From Octopus sinensis (taxonomy: Eukaryota): DNA of 64,000 bases. Under the pieces are notes generated by a model. That model made no database searches, was not told the origin of the DNA, and saw only the letters and a list, made by a program, of their open reading frames with translations. Shown one piece after another: positions 13,326-25,770 of this stretch. Each line of letters opens with the position of its first letter. Positions within the stretch are counted from its first letter, which is position 1. The stretch spans positions 92,628,001 to 92,692,000 of the forward strand of contig NC_043003.1 in assembly GCF_006345805.1 (NCBI RefSeq). Reading direction: 5' to 3'. The position numbers and the translations under genes are program-made.

Positions 13326-14420
13326 CCGGGTGTATCAACAAAATTGTCCAAATTTCAGATTCAACTTCGAACCTGTGTATCTCAGGAATGCTTAAAGTTA
13401 ACTTAATAGAATTATCAGAGATTTTTCTAACGCTATTGGGCTCTACTTTGAGCAAGAAAAATGTTGATTATTCTCCAAGCTCACCAGAAGAATCGTGGGG
13501 AAGTTGATCATGGCGAAAATGATATTTTCATGAATAATTAACCATAGCTGATTATTGAGAGCTCATTAAGGATTGGAATAAAGTTTAAATTGAAGCTTAA
13601 AGGTTTATATCATAGTGCCAAAGACCATCCTGACTGAAATCCTACCTATTACGCACCAAGTGTTGTTCCTCTTTCGGGAATGACTTCCTCAACCCTCTTC
13701 CTGACTGCAGCACAAACTTTCTTAATGAATTCCTCATCAGTGTCCTCTTCCTACGTGCTACGGATGGAGTTTTCGAGGGTTTGTAGATTACTGTGGCGTT
13801 TCTCACAAGCTTTTCTGACCAGTTCATTCCAGATGCTGAAGTCTAAAGGGTTGAAATCAAATAATGAAGGAGGCCAAGTGTTCTTATCCAGAAATCTATT
13901 TCCAAACACATCCCTGAGAAATTTTAGAGACACTGCACTTGCGTGACAAGGAGCTCCTTCTTGCTGGAATGTAAACTTGAACTCCTTAGCAATCTGTTGG
14001 GGTTTTCCTCATCTCTTGCCTTAGGATTTTCAGAAATAATCCAGGTCTTTACATCTTTCAAAACCTGAACATAACAAACTTCTATCTGTCTCTCAGCCTT
14101 CTTAATCATGATCTTGCCATCAGAAGCCACCCAGGTGAAAATCATCACCATGGCAGGGTTTTTGCACCTGAAAATGACATTTTCGGCTCTCCCATATGGA
14201 TCTGAAGCCAGAACGCGGCTGTTGCATCTGTTGTGTGCGTATCTTTGGTGAAATTTTTGGGTGTAAAAGATCACTCCAGTATTATGTTTCACTATGTGCG
14301 TGAAGGCATATACATATACACAGAGGGCGTCAGATTTTCGAGAAGACCTTAGCAAAAACTCTTTGTTCTTGCTTTTTTTTTTTAACCTTACTTTCAGATA
14401 AATAATGTGAGACATCAGGT
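13326..14420 (-). mobile_element. Decayed Tc1/mariner element of maT (DD37D-like) type
   Basis: TA followed by the terminus CCGGGTG at 13324-13332. Minus-strand peptides KNPAMVMIFTWVASDGK and TWPPSLFDFNPLDFSIWNEL match the WPP.SPDLNPLD motif of this group. Confidence 0.75.
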
Positions 14421-14449
14421 TGACACATCAAATGAAAAGGTTTGGTATA

Positions 14450-15360
14450 ATCGTTGCCTTAAAAGCGTAGCATAGTGATACAGAGATAGCTCACTTCGTG
14501 AAAGTTGCCCGATCCTTCGTTGTCAAAGTTCGAAAGGATCCAACAACAGCGGCTAAATGCAAAATGCTGCACAGTATCTTCATACCACCAGAACACAGCT
14601 TTGTATAAAAAGTCCAAGAAATAATCTATAAAAAGCCCCTGAAATCAACAAGAGCCATTGTAAAAGACCTGAAGGTTTCAGAATACACCATCAGAAGAAT
14701 TGTACACAAGGACATCTGCTACAAGTCGTATGTGATGCGGAGGAATCAGACAATGTTGAATGTCACAAGAGAGAATCGTTTGATTCGTGCAAAGCGTTTG
14801 CTAAACAAGTTAAAACACCAAGAGTTTGGGATGCTTTGATTTTGATAAAAACTTCGATCGGGACCAAAAAGTAAACCGAAGGAACGATAGATGGTTACAC
14901 AGGGACCCGAATGAGGTTCCAACGGTCATGCTACTGTGTTCCCAACAACTGTGATTGTTCTGGGAGTCGTCAGCAACGCGGAAGTTGTCATGTCTCCTCA
15001 CTTTTTATCACATGACTTAAAAGTCAATGTCGCTGTTTATACAGAAGTGTTGGAGAAAGTTGTGAGGCCTTGGATAGACAGAGTATGCAACACAAGACTG
15101 TACTTCTTTCAACCAGACTATGCACCGTCTCATAAAGCTAGGACATCACAAATATGGATGTGTGTTAATCTCTACGATTATGTTTTCCCAGACACGGCCT
15201 CCTAGCTCCTCAAACATCAGTGCAGTGGGCATAGTTGAGAGGGGTGTCATTCAATAATTTCATGACACTATACTATCTATCAAGTACGCCATAAGTAGCA
15301 TTATATCTACAATTGATTAAAAAAATCATCTGATTCAGGCATGTCAAAGATTCTGACCTC
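14450..15360 (+). mobile_element. Second decayed maT (DD37D-like) transposon, opposite orientation
   Basis: FPTTVIVLGVVSNAEVVMSPHF...YTEVLEKVVRPWIDRVC...YFFQPDYAPSHKARTSQIWM is a typical maT catalytic region. Confidence 0.8.
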
Positions 15361-15544
15361 GTATTGAAATAGCCATTGTTACTAACGGTGGATTCATCGA
15401 ATACGTGTGATAAAATGATAAAAGGATTCTAAAGACTAATTGTACCAATTTGTTTTGAAGTATAGTTTTACTTTCGTGGGCTATTCGTTTTTTTTCTAAA
15501 TTCATACAAATAACTTCACAAAACTGATGCACTCTGTATTATAT

Positions 15545-15908
<364 letters not shown>

Positions 15909-16254
15909 CATTATTACACATAAATGCCACACGCTAGGAGGGACTCTTAACGTCAAAACTACTAAAATAAATAAACACATCGTACCGAAACCAACTCTCG
16001 AAGCAAGTCATTTAAAAACAGAATTCAGCTGCATATCACACTGTGATTTCGTAATCAGTGCAGTTTTATGCACTATTCACTCCTCAGTGCAAGTATAATT
16101 CAAGATACACACACACATACACACACACACACAAACACACACACATACACACAAACATACACACAAACACACACACACATATGTATGAAAGAAGAGTGTA
16201 TAATTGTGAATTAATCACAATCATAACGGAGAGGGTTATAAAAACCCTTATATA

Positions 16255-17390
16255 TGTCAAGTCATCCCATAGGTTCTGTCCAAATTTTGAATAAGGAAAA
16301 CAAGTGATCAAATGTTATATTTAATTGAAATTTAATCATCAATGTACCCACCCCCTGATTATCTATGACTTCCTTCCATCTATTTACAAGCTTTTAAATC
16401 CCATCAATGTAAAACTCTTTCGGTTTCAAAGCGAAGAACTCTGAAATGTCAGTTTCGACCTCCTCCTGGCTTGCGAAAGTTATGCCTCCCAAATGAGTTT
16501 GTAAACTACGAAACAAATAGTAGTCTGAAGGAGTGAGGTCGGGAGAATAAGGTGGATGAGGAATTTTTTCCCAACCAACCTCTTCGATCTTTTGTGATGT
16601 GATCTTTGCAGTGTGGGCTCGCGCATTGTCTTGATGAAACATCACTCCCTTTCGATTCACTAAAGCGGGTCTTTTTTCTTCTTCAAAGCTTGGTTCAAAC
16701 GCTCTAATTGCTGACAGTAGACTTGAGCGTTGATTGTTGCATTAGGTGGTAACAATTTAAAGTGAACTACTCCTTTGAAATCCCACCAGATAGAGAGTAG
16801 ATCCTTTTTTCCATGAAGTTCCCTTCCCGGTTGTGGTTGAGCTTTTCCCCTTTTACCAAGCCACTGTTTACGACATTTCAATAGAAGATCCATTTTTTCG
16901 TCACCAGTCACAAGTCTATCCAAAAAGGGTGAAATCAGTTCGCGAGAAAGGAGAGAAGAGCAGATGTCAACTCAGGAGTTGCGGTTGCTTTCGGACAATT
17001 CATGAGGCACCCATTCTCCAAAATTAGGAACCTTTCCCAAGTTACTGAAGATGACGAGGAACAGTGGTATGGTTTGAACTAAGCTTTATTGCCAATTCTT
17101 CAACTGATAATGCAGGATTTTCTTCAAGTAATACCTCAAGGAGCTTATCATCAAACCCAACTAGATGTCTTGTTCGATCTTCATCTTCAAGGCTGAAATC
17201 TCTACTTCTGAATTTTGCAAACCATCTTCTGCAAGTTCTTTCATTCAAGCATTCTTTCCCATAAACTGAGTGCATATTTCGAGTCGCTTCGGTTGCAGTT
17301 CAGGAACCTTTCCAAGTTGTTGAAGATGACGATGAACAGTTGTATGGTTTGAACTAAGCTTTATTGCCAATTCTTCAACTGATAATGCAG
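16255..17390 (-). mobile_element. Mariner (DD34D) transposon, frameshifted, near full length, with internal duplication
   Basis: Three ORF pieces: HTH (RTCRRWFAKFRSRDFSLED), VTGDEK..., and FHQDNARAHTA...PHPPYSPDLTPSDYYLFRSL. An ~85-bp segment is duplicated at about 17025-17115 and 17301-17389. Confidence 0.9.
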
Positions 17391-17699
17391 TAGAAAAGCC
17401 ACATATTCTTTCTCTCATTAAGGCTACTTATTCCTCTCACCCACCTTTCTCTTCCTTTGTCGACATTTTAAAAGTTACTTATGTGCGCGCGCGTATGCAT
17501 GTATCTATGCATTCACGAAAGTATGTATGCAGAATTGCATGTATAGGGCAGCTGTATTAATGTTACCATTGCCACTCCATTTTTTCGCTTACACAACGCT
17601 GTTCTCCCCTTCTCTGATATCAGTTACACTTTCTTCTGCAACTACATTTCCCTCCGACTAACATTCTTTGCACCCTTCTCATTTTATAATATAATTCGC

Positions 17700-17870
17700 C
17701 CCCCTCCACTAGGGGGGCCATAATCGATCTTCATTGAAATCCAATTAGCCTATTATTGAACTGGTTGTTAGTTTGACATGTATGCACAATTTCATGAAGA
17801 TTGGTTCACTGGTTTAGGCAGTAAGAGGGTAACAGACAGACAGACAAATTGCCATTTACATATATATATC
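17700..17870 (-). mobile_element. Helitron/DINE-like non-autonomous element, 5' fragment
   Basis: Minus-strand start 'tatatatatgtaaatggcaatttgtctgtctgtc...aatcttcatgaaattg'. Similar fragments occur at about 40000-40115 (-) and 61190-61330 (+). Confidence 0.45.
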
Positions 17871-17875
17871 TATAT

Positions 17876-17965
<90 letters not shown>

Positions 17966-18065
17966 TATGCATGTATATGTGTGTATATCCCCAGCATGAC
18001 CGCAATCTAATGACAGAAACAATTAAAAGAATAAAATATGTATGTATGTATACGTATATATATGT

Positions 18066-18097
<32 letters not shown>

Positions 18098-18617
18098 ATA
18101 CGCGCACACACATTCATGCATACTCACTTATACGTAAACTCTCTATATATCCTTTCTATATGTATATGATATGAGATATGATTCACAATTGACACCACGA
18201 AAAAGGAAAAATACAATTTGAGATTTAAAAATAACATGGCGGAACTCACACCCAATATCTTTTCTTTTCCAGGCTCTGGAATCCTGATTTTATCTCAAAG
18301 AGCTAGCCAATCCTCACTTCTAATTAAGTACTAAATGTTTATTTAACTCAAGTATTTAAGTTCGGAAAATAGTCATCACGAACGTCTCTTAACAAGGATA
18401 GGATATTCCACTAACCTCAAACATATGTAGGTACTTATGTATGTGTGTGTGTGTATGTGTGCATGCGTGTGCGTGTGTATGTGCGTGTTAGTGTGTGAAT
18501 GTGTGCGTGCGTGTGTGTATGTATACATACATATATATAAATATATATTATGCAACACATGTATGTATATGAATTATATATGAATTATTATATATATATA
18601 TAATATATATATATATA

Positions 18618-18887
18618 TATACATAAATATGAGAGAGCGACCACTATGTGGTCTACTCTAGTGCTAGAAATAGATCCACTATGGTATAGCCACTAAAAAA
18701 TTGTTTCCAAGGAGAAACATCACAACATTTAACGTGGGGCAAGTGAAAAATAACGAAAACACTTGCCCCACGTTAAATGTTGTGATGTTTCTCCTTGGAA
18801 ACAATTTTTTAGTGGCTATACCATAGTGGATCTATTTTTAGCACTAGAGTAGACCACATAGGGGTCGCTCTCTCATATTTATGTATA
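18618..18887. repeat. Near-perfect palindrome: 128-bp arms, 14-nt spacer, 2 mismatches
   Basis: 18618-18745 is the reverse complement of 18760-18887; the spacer is aaaaataacgaaaa. Confidence 0.95.
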
Positions 18888-18980
18888 AATTTGTATTGTA
18901 TCCCTGGTTTTTATGTGCTGGGCCACTTGGTGTTAAATTGATGGTATTATTGAATTAGTATCAAATTTTTCACCCTCATC

Positions 18981-19015
<35 letters not shown>

Positions 19016-19599
19016 TATATATATATGTATATGCGTGTGCATATTAGCACATTTAAATGTTTCAGTATATACACACACATACACATATATACATACATTT
19101 ATACACACGCATATACTTATATACGCATACATAACATACATACACATACATACATTCAAACATACATACGTACGTGCGTGTGTACATGCGCGCGCGCGAG
19201 TATGTGTGTATGCACGTATGTATTATATCGTTATGGATAAAGAATACGCTGCAACGGTGTAATAACAATATAATCGAAACAAACCGTGGTAACCACAAGT
19301 AATGTAACAATAATCTTTTAAGGACCAACAATCCAACACGTTAACTCGAACTGTGAACTTTGAATTTAGTATTTATATGTAGTGGTCCAGTCCATTCTCA
19401 CCAGGGGGCGTCGAACTCTCGCACAACAGTATGTATATATTCATGTCTAAACGTATGTATGTTAACCGGAAATCTGGAGCGTTTAGTCTCATTACTGATC
19501 TTGCCGCTACCGATCACTTTACTTCTGTCCAATGATTGCTTCTGCCTATGAAACACAGATAAGGGCGGAAACACATTTGAGGCAGATGGAAAGGAAAGA

Positions 19600-20450
19600 C
19601 TTACTATGTAAGTACAAGGCCTGGTTCTTTCATCAGTAGCTTGCTGTCGAGAGGTGAGTAAATACTTTGCAGATGGCTTTAAAATGCACTAAGTTTCGCG
19701 TCATTAGGGCTGTACATCAGGTTTGTGTTGTTCCAGCTACTTTTCCCTTCAGTGGCCGAAGTGTTCAAGGCAGTAAAGTGCAGGGTTATAATGACGTATA
19801 GAGACTCCAGCGATGGAAAGTTCAGAGATTCAGGCATAACACGCATAACCACAAGATCAGTGTGGTGAGAAAGCAGTGACAAAGGTAGAAAGAAGTCTAA
19901 GTTTGAAGGACATCATCATCCGGAACTCGTGAATGGAAAGACACGGGCTCGAAATGGGATAAAAGTAAATCGAAGACAGAGAAGTGCTGAGGTCAGAACT
20001 GGAAAAGGAAGGGTGACGGCCTAGGAGTGTAGAATTTAGCTCTTCAGGTGCCTGGGCAAAGTTGGATCTTAAAAAGTGATAGATCACATGGCCCAACTTT
20101 GGAGACAAAACTCTTCTGCATCTCAATTTTGGTCTGACTAGAGTTCAATACTTCTCCCAAACCAACGAACTTGCAAAGATAGTGAATGAGAGAAAAACCA
20201 CTGCGTAGATTATGTGGGGGGAAATGTACGTTGGCGCACAAGACTGCACTTAGCTTGGGAAGATATAGAAGGCATCGTGACAAGGCTTTTAAAGCAGGTA
20301 AGACAAGGGCAATGGGTAGCACACGTGAGATTAACCTTAGTTGTTCACTTCATCAAGGAGAGGAAGTCAATATCATCAAAAAAGATTTAAAAGAGCCACT
20401 TGTATGCGACTCAATCATAGATGAAGTCGGAACTGAAAAGGAAGCTTAAC
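19600..20450 (-). mobile_element. Heavily degraded LINE (CR1/Jockey-like), pre-RT region
   Basis: Minus-strand peptide remnants such as ELNSTL...STSLSSIYF and FPSL fit the linker and RT start of these LINEs. Many stops and frameshifts. Confidence 0.4.
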
Positions 20451-20988
20451 TTTCCGTAATTTGTCCGAACCTAAGAGAAGTTAGACATGTTGCCTGATGA
20501 GGTAAGGGTAATGATTCGGACTGAACTGACGAATCTAAGGAGTCTTTAAAGAGGAAGCTACTAAATTCCAGGGTTTTATCGAATGATGTGGGGATAAAAA
20601 GTTGCAGGTTCGTCTATCTCCATTTCAGGTTAATCGCAGGGACTTCCGGCGTAATTTGTATGGAAGATGGCTTTAATTCTGGAAAAGGCAGTAGGGCAAA
20701 AAAAAAAAATGCAATAGAGAAAAACACACCTTATTCGCTCCGGAACAAGTGGGAGAAATTGAGATAGAAATCAGGAATAGACGGGTAATGACAGATCATC
20801 ACTGTTGACCCACCATCTGGAAAGAAGTCTGTCATATATGTGTGTGTGGTATGAGTCTTCGAGTTTATCCCCCACCACCGCTTGACAACCGGTGTTGGTT
20901 TGTTTACGTCGCCGTAACAGCGATTTTTCAATAGAGATTGTTAGAGTATGTGGCAAGCTTAAAGTAAGTAATGGGGTCGATTTGGTCA

Positions 20989-21045
<57 letters not shown>

Positions 21046-21053
21046 TTATATAT

Positions 21054-22103
21054 TGTTACGGAGGTGAATAAACAGAAAAACATTGTGCCCCTTGTTCCGT
21101 TGGTTGGAGTTGAACCGGCGCTCCAGTTGTTCAGGACGATAGAATCTTCTTTGTCTTGTCAACGACCACGGTAACTAATGAGCTTATGAAGTGATATTTG
21201 ATCCCAACACGGTCACGGAGAGTTGATAAAAATGTCACCCTTTAAAAAGGCAGTTCAGTTGGGAAGAGACAGCCAGTCGATGTGGGACAGCTAGCCAGAG
21301 GTGTGAGCGGAGCGGACAAGGGAGATGGTGGAGATGGCGAGAGGTAACGGCAAAGCGGGGAAGACAGGCAGTGAGTTAGAGATGATGACGGCCAGAGACA
21401 GACAGGTGTAGTTGGAGATGATGGGGACGAGAGACGGTCAGTGACAGAGATGACAATTTGTAGTAGGAGTTGTGATGAGTGTTGCGGACGAGGAACGTGC
21501 CGGTAATATTTTGATTTGTGTTTTGAATTCTGATGTTTAGAAAGAGAAAAAGAACTGTAAAATGTGCTAGAAGAAGAGAGAGAAAAGAAATCTTTGAGAA
21601 CGAACTCTCGTGTTAGAAGGAAGAGAAAAGAACTGTAAGCTGTGTTTTTAAAAGAAAAAGAAAGACTATTTGTTTTGAAGGATCGAACTCTGAACGTTAA
21701 CTGATTGTTGTCGGATTCTGTATTGTGTTGCATGTTAATTGATTTGTTTAGAAAAATCGAACTGTTGTACTATGTTTAAATGTATTTGATTGTTATTCGA
21801 ATTGTGTTATGTTTAAATGCCATTGATTGTTTTTTAACTCTGTCAAATGTTTGTTAACCTTTGTAGTTAAATGCTTTTATTTTGATTTTGTGAAGTTAAA
21901 ATTTGTTAAACTACGCAACTCCCGCTGTCTCTCTCTCTCTTTTGTTGTTGTTGTTGTTTTGGCTTGCGTGCGTTCACTGCCTATCTTCCGCTTTCTGTGG
22001 TGAACTTCCGTTTGACTGAGCGTCGTCATCGTCGCGACTTAGGGCCCGCGGTGGAATCGGAAGGCCTAGGGCCTTGGGTCCTGAGTGAGCGCGCGGCGTA
22101 ACA
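21054..22103 (-). mobile_element. Probable solo LTR (Ty3/Gypsy-like), 1050 bp
   Basis: Termini TGTTACG...CGTAACA (7-bp inverted repeat) with ATAT on both flanks (21050-21053, 22104-22107). An AATAAA lies on the minus strand near 21875-21880. Confidence 0.65.
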
Positions 22104-22124
22104 ATATATATATATATATATTAT

Positions 22125-22262
22125 TTATATTATTTACAATTGACGGATACTTGTCCTCTTGTTTGTTGTTAACACAACGTTTCGGTTGATATACCCTCCA
22201 ACCTTCCATCAAGTGTCTTGGGGAAATTTTGAACCTGGGTTCTCATTCCTAAGGTATTTTTC
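22125..22262 (-). mobile_element. Penelope-like terminal fragment with a degenerate hammerhead motif (22172-22216)
   Basis: Minus strand reads acac-TTGATGGA-a-ggttg-gagggtatat-caacc-GAAAC-GTT-gtgt. Stems I and II pair, but the core CTGATGA is mutated. Confidence 0.65.
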
Positions 22263-22364
22263 GATGTTGTTGTTGTTGTTATTATTATTATTATTGTTGT
22301 TATTGCTGTTGTTGTTGTTGTTATTATTATTATTGTTATTATTATTATTGCTATTATTATTATT

Positions 22365-22835
22365 GAGTGAGAGAGCAGTGCATGCCATCAAAGTGACACT
22401 GGGGTAAAATATACGAAGCCCAGTATACCCATCATGACTACATTTCTGATAAGGGTACACTAGGCACATGCATCACAACCGTATGTGCGCGACATGGTGA
22501 TCTCATATCAAGATAAACAGCACATGACCTTGCAGATGGGGGCCCAGTTAGAATTTTCTTCTGGTCGAGTAGCCCAACCCACTCAAAAGGTCCCTGAATA
22601 AGAGTTGCTTAATCATGTCGAACGAACCACCCATGTTTCCAAAGGTGAATTATTCAAACCCCACAGAATTCTTCTCAATACATGGCTACAATGCTCCCCC
22701 ACTATTTCTGCTCGTGATCAGAGATGCACATATCGTCAGGCACTAAGGGACATGCTCAACTGATTAAGGTCAAACAAATGACAAGCAAATCTGTAGTATT
22801 GAGCAGAATATTTGTTGTAGCCCATCTTTTATACC
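22365..22835 (-). mobile_element. Non-autonomous (TAA)n-tailed retroelement, same family as 9103-9520
   Basis: The minus-strand 3' end '...gatggcatgcactgctctctcactcaataataataa' runs into (AAT/AAC)n. The same 3' ~40 nt recurs at 23563-23603. Confidence 0.85.
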
Positions 22836-22857
22836 ATATTATTATTATTATTATTAT

Positions 22858-23432
22858 TCTATGTTTGACTTTTGCTTTATATTTGTACAAGTTGGCTCCA
22901 AGTCTCACCCAGAGACCTCAAGAGACAACAGGGTTGGAAGTTCATGTTGTTGTTATGCCTAGTGTGCCATATATTTGGGGGGTGGGGATGTTGTACTAAT
23001 GAATGTCTAAAAAAAAAAAAGGTTTTTTTTTTTTTTTTTTAAACCGAAAATTATGTTTGTTTTAAACCTTGAGATTACATAGAGAGTATTTTGCGTAGGA
23101 TATGAGCAGTTCCCATGAGCACTATCTTTTGAACTTCTGCCATTTTTGGGTTTCCTGGTATCTGAGTTAGGTAGCTATCAGCCCCTTTTGCTATCATTCC
23201 CAGGGCACCTATGACAACAGGTATTGTTTTAGTCTTCAGCTTCCACATTTTGCTGATTTCTATTTCAAGATCTTTATATTTGCTCAGTTTTTGGTAGGTC
23301 TTGACAGATACGTTTATATCGATTGGGACAGTCATATCAATGAGGAGGCATGTTCTTTGTTTGAAGTTTTTCAATATGATGTCTGGCCTATTTGCATCTA
23401 TCTTCCTGTCAGTTTGAATGGTGAAGTTCCAG
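22858..23432 (-). mobile_element. R4/Dong LINE 3' end (REL endonuclease and 3'UTR), third subfamily
   Basis: ORF 23075-23374 reads CLLIDMTVPID...KLSKYKDLEIEISKMWKLKTKTIPVVIGALG...GTAHILRKILSM. Flanked by (TTA)n. Confidence 0.9.
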
Positions 23433-23452
23433 AGGAGTTATTATTATTATTA

Positions 23453-23505
<53 letters not shown>

Positions 23506-23516
23506 GTTGTTGTTGC

Positions 23517-23547
<31 letters not shown>

Positions 23548-23805
23548 ATTATTATTATTATTGAGTGAGAGAGTAGTGCATGCCATCAAAGTGACACTGG
23601 GGAATAATCTCTCTTTTGTCTTCTGTTATTGTGTTTGTTATTCATAAATTGCAATCAATCTTATCGTTAGTGATAAAAACATATGTTTAGAAAATTTACA
23701 TGTCACTAGTTTTAAGAATAAAACGCATAAGTTTAAAAAATAGAATGCATTTTTAGAAATTGATATCAGCAAAAGTTTTTAAAACATTTCATGTAGATAT
23801 GCATA

Positions 23806-24631
23806 TGAGGGTGGACCAAAAAGTTCATAGGCTGACTATGACTACTAGAGGTGTGAACTCTTGCATGTATTAATTTCAACACTTCTTATTAATAACTGTT
23901 TTGTTTCTTTCCACATGAACTGATATCTGACAGTTCAAAGAGAACTTCAGAAGTAACTAGTAGCGACTTCTTTTGAAAATCGACAGAATTTGGCATCGTC
24001 GTGTTATCAAGTACCTGCAGAAAAAGAGTTTAGTTTCCAACGATATTCATGCTAACATCGTTGCATCATTAGGAGATGAGGCACCAGTTTTGTCAACCGA
24101 GCAAGTTTAGGTAACTGACTTTAAAAGGGAAAGGGAAGACAACTGCCACCGCCAAGGAAAACATTGACCGGGTTTCATCACATGCTGATGGATGACAGGC
24201 GATTGATTATAAATCATATAGCCAATGCTATGAGCATATTCAGTGAGAGAGTTGTAAATATTGTGTACAATGAACTTGTGACACATCTAACACCTGATCA
24301 AAAGCGCACCAGGTTGATCACATCACGCTAAAATCTGACATTGTCTGAGACAGATCCAGCTGGTTTCTCTGGTCCAAAGTGACGAAGCCAACATTCATCC
24401 TGGCTCAGGAAAACCCAGGAAGAGTGTTGGTTTCATCACTTTGAGCCAATTTTGTGGGATGACTTTTTTGACCAACAGGATGAAAGCTTCTTCACCAATG
24501 GGACCAAGCAGTTGAATGCCGCTAGAAGCCACGCACAGACGGTAAGGAGGACTGTGTTGAAAAATAAACTTCATTTGGTCACATTCCATGAGAATGTTTT
24601 GGTTAGATGTGAACTTTTAAGTCGACCATTA
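23806..24631 (+). mobile_element. Internally deleted mariner element with both TIRs
   Basis: TA|tgagggtggaccaaaaagttca ... tgaacttttaagtcgaccatta|TA. Internal peptide RVIKYLQKKSLVSNDIHANIVASLGDEAP is a mariner N-terminus. Confidence 0.75.
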
Positions 24632-24966
24632 TATTAGATGTTTTATTTCTGTATATACACATTGCATCAGACAAGTTTCGAAATAGGAACCTTTTATCCT
24701 AAGAGTGCTATACTTTTATACGAGGCCGCTAGTTCTCTAGCTGTCAAATATGAGTCTCGCTTTAACAAAAAAATTATGATAGTCCTTCCTACTATAGGTA
24801 TACCCACCCGAAACCTAGTAATATTTAATGTAAACTTCTTTGCCGTATACCTCAATCTTACTCCCCTTAACCTTTACTCCCCCTTGTTAACTTCTCTTTT
24901 ATTCATCTGTGTGCACAATATTGTATGTGTAACGATTAGTTCTTGGGAAGGCTGCAATGCTCTTGT

Positions 24967-25770
24967 TCGGGGTCACCACTTGTAGCGGGAGAAATTGATT
25001 AGTAAACAATATTATGATGTGTCGGAGTCAGCAGTTGTATCGATAAGAATTTGTTGCTATAATGGCATATTGTAGGATGTGAAATTTGAACAATACATGA
25101 AGCCTTAAGGAAATATTTATTTACTGTTTCGCTACAATACTTTGCCTCGACGGGTAGGTTATGATAAATCCAAAAGCATGCAAAGTAAAGTTTGTGTTTG
25201 TATCCTCTTCATTGTTTAGTAGTAATTACAGAGAGAGATAGAATGATGTTGTTAGAGAACAGAATTAGAGCTAGTGAGAGTTGTAGGGTGTTGTCTCACA
25301 GTTGCTGACAATAAACTTCATTTCTCCCTCTGACCAAGGTTCTAGCGGGTCAGCCAGACTTCGTTCTCATTGAGTCGTCACCATGTGACTGAACTCGTTG
25401 AGTCATCACAGTCTGACTGAACTAGTTGAGTCGTCACCATGTGACTGAACTCGTTAAGTCGTCACCGACTGACTTTTGTTTGGGGTGTTCTTGCTTTTAT
25501 AACTATCCAGAAGGATAGACATATCACTGAGAAAAATAGATTTAGTTGGTGGTCTTGTTATCTCTATTCTCGCTTTTGGTGAAGTAGAAGAGGTTAGAAA
25601 GGGTCAAGTGGTGAAGACATTATTTCAGCCCAGCTAAAGGCATCTGGAAAATGTAAAACTGCTGTCACAGAAAAACCATTGTTCCACCGTGAGAAAAGTT
25701 TTGTTGCAGTGTTAATTTAAATTTGGCTATGGTGGATCGAATCCACTTCATGCATGCAGGATCCACTACA
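24967..25770 (-). mobile_element. LTR (24981-25770) with adjacent tRNA-Trp primer-binding site; truncated Ty3/Gypsy-like element
   Basis: Termini TGTAG...CTACA. Minus strand reads ...CTACA-AG-TGGTGACCCCGA, complementary to the tRNA-Trp 3' end (...TCGGGGTCACCA). A ~28-bp tandem repeat (about 4 copies) lies at 25370-25470. Confidence 0.7.

Noticed and set aside
16066-16090. 'ttatgcactattcactcc' resembling the start of exon 44471
   Set aside because: The match is about 15 nt, out of frame, with no further homology; consistent with chance.
21242-21733. 163-aa minus-strand ORF
   Set aside because: Low-complexity Ser/Pro/Leu translation of the purine-biased LTR interior, with no domain motif.
25370-25470. 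Regularly spaced ~28-bp repeats (also 573-650) as a CRISPR-like array
   Set aside because: They are contiguous tandem repeats with no unique spacers, in a eukaryotic context.
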